A stretch of 64,000 bases of DNA from Escherichia coli (lineage in GTDB: Bacteria > Pseudomonadota > Gammaproteobacteria > Enterobacterales > Enterobacteriaceae): the NCBI RefSeq assembly GCF_003334335.1, contig NZ_QOWQ01000005.1; one strand, written 5' to 3'. The position numbers and the translations under genes are program-made. The notes beneath the pieces were generated by a model. That model had not been told where the DNA came from. It saw only the letters and a program-made list of their open reading frames with translations, and searched no databases. Numbering within the stretch: position 1 is the stretch's first letter; each line of letters opens with the position of its first letter. Positions 60,317 to 64,000 of this stretch are shown here, in pieces.

Positions 60317-60900
60317 TTAGTCCGTAACTGTTAATGTGCTATCTGGCTCTGAAAATATTAACTCATTTAATTTTTGCATGTCATTAGATAAACCAGTTAT
60401 ACAACCCTCGGAACAGAATCGAGGTCCTAAAGACGGACCAAAAGCGTTTAAACAACTATGTATTGAAAATCCATTGCGATTATAAGTTCCTGTATTAACT
60501 GACGGTACTAATCGTATGCCGTCAGGTTTTCTATTGCTTGCTCCCGGGTCATTAACATTCCAACTCCATAGGCCTTGAGGTATTGGCCATCTATTTATAA
60601 ATGTGTACAACGGGGATTATTTTTACATTGCATATTATTACCAGAAGCGACTGGAATACTAAGCACATCATAAAAATTATCATCACATGGTATATCTGAA
60701 ACACACGAAAGCATACCTAAAGTTATGCTGTATAAACAGGTGGCTAATCCCAAGGGGATCGATTCCAGAAATCGGGTTCAACGGATACTGATAAAAATTC
60801 CACCTACCTTCCAGCCCAATCGGAGCCTGAGTGTTATACCGCCCCTGCTGCGGTTAATGTTACCGATAATAGTTATAGTACAGCCCTGATTCATCATCAT
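60317..60900 (-). pseudogene. Degenerate orphan Rhs C-terminal (toxin-tip) remnant
   Basis: About 140 bp (60764-60900) of degraded similarity to the Rhs core 3' repeat, followed by AT-rich sequence with only a 97-aa ORF (60317..60610) and no continuous frame. Confidence 0.45.
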
Positions 60901-60934
60901 ACTACTGCTGCGGCAGTCTGATGAACTATTGCTT

Positions 60935-61396
60935 TTACGGATTCTCCTTATTCTTCCTTCTATCCATTCGCTTTAGCTTTTTGAGCTCTTGAAGTTTGCT
61001 CTTTGCATCAATATTACCGTTATTTACAGCGAATTCCATCCAATAAATAGCTCTATTCAAATTATAATATTCTGATAATGTTGGATTTGTATCTGATAAA
61101 AAGACCCCATAATTAAACTGCGCTGTAACATTCCCCTGAGATGCTGATCTTTCCAAGAATCGCAATTGTTTGTAAATGTTATTTTTAGTAAAGCAGTAAT
61201 ATTGATATAGTCGAAATGATGCCTCTGAATCACCATGTTGTGATTTATACTTCAGTTTCATCAACTTTTCTTCACTTAAATCATAGGTCATTGCTGTAGA
61301 CCCCATCATACTTTCGTTTTGTTTTATTTTCACATCAGCACCATGCAATTGACAAATAAAAGAGAAATAAAAAAATAGTAACAAGCATGCTTTCAT
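60935..61396 (-). CDS. yibG: Sel1-repeat protein; candidate immunity for the orphan Rhs toxin tip
   Basis: 153-aa ORF with signal-like N-terminus and Sel1/TPR-like repeats; immediately follows the orphan Rhs tip. Confidence 0.6.
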   Translation of the reverse strand: MKACLLLFFYFSFICQLHGADVKIKQNESMMGSTAMTYDLSEEKLMKLKYKSQHGDSEASFRLYQYYCFTKNNIYKQLRFLERSASQGNVTAQFNYGVFLSDTNPTLSEYYNLNRAIYWMEFAVNNGNIDAKSKLQELKKLKRMDRRKNKENP

Positions 61397-61407
61397 ACAT
61401 CTACAAC

Positions 61408-62352
61408 CTATCTTATATCACTGGGTTTTTCTGGCGTACCTTGCATATTAGAAATGGGGTGCCCAGATGGCCCATATGTTATCCAATTACCAAGGTCTTT
61501 TGTTGTTATAGCCATTAGATCCTTATTTGAATTAAGGTTCGTTGGTGCTGTTAGCACTGTATCCATTTTTAACTTACCATTAGTTCCTCGCCCCCACCAC
61601 GTCCATAGCGTGTCAGGTCCTATTACATTTGTATGTAACTCTTTAGCTAATTGGCTAGCAAATGAATTTTGTCCTTTACCTGTATTACAAGAAAATAACC
61701 AAACTGTCATCCCATCTTTATAATTCCCATCAAATTTAATTAGATATGCTAGATCTTTAGCTGTCATGATACTGCGCGTTGCGGATTCAATAGATGTGGG
61801 GGAACCATGCCCCCCGATTGTGAAAACGCCTGGGATATTAATCTCATCAGCTACAGAATGGATAAGATCACTTTCGGGGTATAAATTTATATCAACCAAA
61901 CCTTGCGGATCTACATTTATGACCGGATTCAACGGATACTGATAAAAATTCCATCCCCCCTTCAGTCCAATCGGATCCTGAGTGATATACCGCCCCAGCA
62001 GCGGGTCATAATAGCGGTGGCGGTTGTAATACAGGCCGGACTCCTCATCATACTGCTGACCCGGCAGGCGAATGAGCTGCTGCAGATGATGCGGGTTCTC
62101 ATCACTCAGCAGGTTGCCCCATTCATCATATTCTGCGCACCACGCTGTTGCCCCTTCCGTGCTGATGAGCGCCAGCGGCAGGCCGCGATGGTCGCAGTGG
62201 TACAGGTGGATTTTTCGCGCCGGCGTGTACACCGGGTCCATCTGGTTTTGCATCTGCTCCACGGTCAGGCCGCACGATGCCAGCCAGCGGCGGCTTTCCT
62301 CACTCACCCGGTCAGCCAGGATTTCACTTTCCAGCCGGTCGAGCATCTGCAC
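61408..62352 (-). CDS. yibJ: Orphan Rhs C-terminal fragment (core 3' end plus distinct toxin domain)
   Basis: 314-aa ORF; N-terminal part matches the Rhs core end ([26 protein letters not shown]...[16 protein letters not shown]) and is followed by a divergent AT-rich C-terminal domain. Confidence 0.65.
   Translation of the reverse strand: MQMLDRLESEILADRVSEESRRWLASCGLTVEQMQNQMDPVYTPARKIHLYHCDHRGLPLALISTEGATAWCAEYDEWGNLLSDENPHHLQQLIRLPGQQYDEESGLYYNRHRYYDPLLGRYITQDPIGLKGGWNFYQYPLNPVINVDPQGLVDINLYPESDLIHSVADEINIPGVFTIGGHGSPTSIESATRSIMTAKDLAYLIKFDGNYKDGMTVWLFSCNTGKGQNSFASQLAKELHTNVIGPDTLWTWWGRGTNGKLKMDTVLTAPTNLNSNKDLMAITTKDLGNWITYGPSGHPISNMQGTPEKPSDIR
61924..62250. repeat. Rhs core 3'-end repeat, copy in the orphan module
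   Basis: About 95 percent identical over about 330 bp to 63675..64000. Confidence 0.75.
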
Positions 62353-62393
62353 CGTGCCGGCGGGAATCCCCCACTGTGCATAGGCAACTCACG

Positions 62394-63236
62394 CTATGAA
62401 CGCTTCAGCTTATCAATAGCGGAAGTTATAATTTCATTGTCATCAAACTTGTACAACATAGTATCTAAAACAGGAAGTAGCGTTTTATCACCTAATTCAC
62501 CCGCAGCTTCAATGATATCATCATAAACAGTATTTTTTTTTAACTCATCGCATAAAACAGATAAAACCCTTTTATCTTTTCTGTAGGAAAGTCCGATTAT
62601 TGCTTCAATACGGACTTCCTCATTTTTATCCTGAAGCATCTCCACAAAACAATCCCTAATATCACTATTATCATATTTATTGATATTTATTGCAAATGCG
62701 GCCCAGTTTCTGACATCTCCATTTGGATCTTTTAACAGATTAATCAATAGTGGAATTGTTGCTTTATCATTGATAACAGAAATAGCAAATGCTGTAGCAC
62801 GTCTGACATTAGTCGATTTATCAAAAGCAGTAATTTGAGATTGTTCTACTATTTTAGGTGAATAAATTGGGTTTTTCTTGCATCGCTGAGCCGTTGACTC
62901 GATTGCCGTAGCTCGAACGCAAGCGCTCTTATCATTCAATGCCATATTGTTCAAAATATTAAAAACATTATCTTCGCATTTTTTGCAAATTTTTATTTGC
63001 CCGAGTATAAATGCTCCGATATCTCTACGGATATAATTTTTATCAGAGCAGAACTCAATTGCCAATCTAACAGCGTCTTGCCCACCTCTTAACTGTAATA
63101 CTCTGGCAGATGAAATCCTTTTCAAGGAATTGTGATCATCAAGTAAGCGAAATAATTCATCATCATTTAGTTTCTTACATTGATTATATAAACCATACTC
63201 TTTACTTGCCTTTCTTTTCTGGTATGTATTTGACAT
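62394..63236 (-). CDS. yibA: HEAT-repeat protein; candidate immunity for the main Rhs C-terminal toxin
   Basis: ORF 62394..63251 trimmed to MSNTYQKRK (280 aa); AT-rich; repeated helical units; immediately downstream of the Rhs tip. Confidence 0.65.
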   Translation of the reverse strand: MSNTYQKRKASKEYGLYNQCKKLNDDELFRLLDDHNSLKRISSARVLQLRGGQDAVRLAIEFCSDKNYIRRDIGAFILGQIKICKKCEDNVFNILNNMALNDKSACVRATAIESTAQRCKKNPIYSPKIVEQSQITAFDKSTNVRRATAFAISVINDKATIPLLINLLKDPNGDVRNWAAFAININKYDNSDIRDCFVEMLQDKNEEVRIEAIIGLSYRKDKRVLSVLCDELKKNTVYDDIIEAAGELGDKTLLPVLDTMLYKFDDNEIITSAIDKLKRS

Positions 63237-63256
63237 TGCAGGAACCTCCACAAGGG

Positions 63257-64000
63257 CTATCTTTTTTTATCGTTTGACTGTCTGGAGTGACGACAATTCC
63301 AGGCTTTCTGTGTGCTTTTTGCATCTTTAGCACTAATATCACCACAATCAATTAGTTCCTGAAGTACGTCACATCTGTCGGGTTTTTTCCCATCACTCCA
63401 GAATCTGTCATTTATTATGTCATTGACACGATCAGTTATCCCTGTGTCTGCAACATTTCCACGAGAAGCTATCATTGTTATATCTAATGCTAGTCCCGGA
63501 TTATTCAATATTAGAGAGTCAAATATTCTTTGTGATGCTGTATCGTTCCACCATTTTGTCAATGCTTTTGCAGCATTATCATCTGCTTGCTGCTGTGCAG
63601 GGCTTTTGGGCCATGGAATTGGCAAGGGGAATGGTCTAGGAAAAACTTCTAACCCCAGAGGATCTGTATTCGTAACTGGATTCAACGGATACTGATAAAA
63701 ATTCCATCCCCCCTTCAGCCCAATCGGATCCTGAGTGATATACCGCCCCTGCAGCGGGTCATAATAGCGGTGGCGGTTGTAATACAGGCCGGACTCCTCA
63801 TCATACTGCTGCCCCGGCAGGCGGATAAGCTGCTGCAGCTGATGCGGGTTCTCTTCATTCAGCAGGTTACCCCATTCATCGTATTCTGCGTACCACGCTG
63901 TTGTCCCTTCCGTGCTGATAAGGGCCAGCGGCAGGCCGCGATGGTCGCAGTGGTACAGGTGGATTTTTCGCGCCGGCGTGTACACCGGGTCCATCTGGTT
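63257..64000 (-). CDS. rhsA: Rhs protein, 3' end only (core end with DPxGL motif plus C-terminal toxin domain); continues past the window edge
   Basis: GC-rich core-end sequence ...[20 protein letters not shown]...DPLGL followed by about 125 aa of AT-rich variable C-terminus; the symbol follows recalled K-12 synteny. Confidence 0.7.
   Translation of the reverse strand, partial: NQMDPVYTPARKIHLYHCDHRGLPLALISTEGTTAWYAEYDEWGNLLNEENPHQLQQLIRLPGQQYDEESGLYYNRHRYYDPLQGRYITQDPIGLKGGWNFYQYPLNPVTNTDPLGLEVFPRPFPLPIPWPKSPAQQQADDNAAKALTKWWNDTASQRIFDSLILNNPGLALDITMIASRGNVADTGITDRVNDIINDRFWSDGKKPDRCDVLQELIDCGDISAKDAKSTQKAWNCRHSRQSNDKKR
63675..64000. repeat. Rhs core 3'-end repeat, copy in the main gene
   Basis: Near-identical direct repeat of 61924..62250. 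Confidence 0.75.

Noticed and set aside
59332-64000. IS element or transposase in the Rhs accessory region
   Set aside because: No transposase-like ORF or terminal inverted repeats were found. The direct repeats are Rhs core 3' ends and not IS ends.

Overview
This window reads as a contiguous enterobacterial (Escherichia coli-like) chromosomal segment, identified by recognition of the translated ORFs and not by any database search. In order it carries xanP, gltS, the gmk-rpoZ-spoT-trmH-recG operon (minus strand), ligB, yicG, dinD, yicC, rph-pyrE, slmA-dut-coaBC, radC, rpmB-rpmG, mutM, coaD-waaA, the complete LPS core-oligosaccharide (waa) locus with the divergent hldD-waaF-waaC-waaL operon, kbl-tdh, waaH, yibQ-envC-gpmM, yibN-grxC-secB-gpsA-cysE, trmL, lldPRD, yibL, yibT, mtlADR, yibI-yibH, and finally an Rhs C-terminal toxin/immunity array that runs off the right edge. 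The most distinctive content is (1) the waa locus, whose central part is a low-GC cassette with three GT8 paralogs and a Salmonella-like WaaK/WaaL pair, which I read as an R2-type core rather than K-12 type; (2) three tandem Rhs toxin/immunity modules, one full-length, one orphan and one degenerate; (3) an hldD reading frame that runs 16 codons past the stop I remember for the canonical protein; and (4) an intact rph, which argues against a K-12 MG1655 background. I found no CRISPR array, tRNA, rRNA, IS element or prophage. I did not find a clearly novel multi-gene system; the Rhs array and the waa cassette are the accessory-type regions most worth follow-up. Many entries in the ORF track are antisense shadow ORFs or are over-extended upstream of the real start, and I have corrected starts where the protein N-terminus was recognisable.
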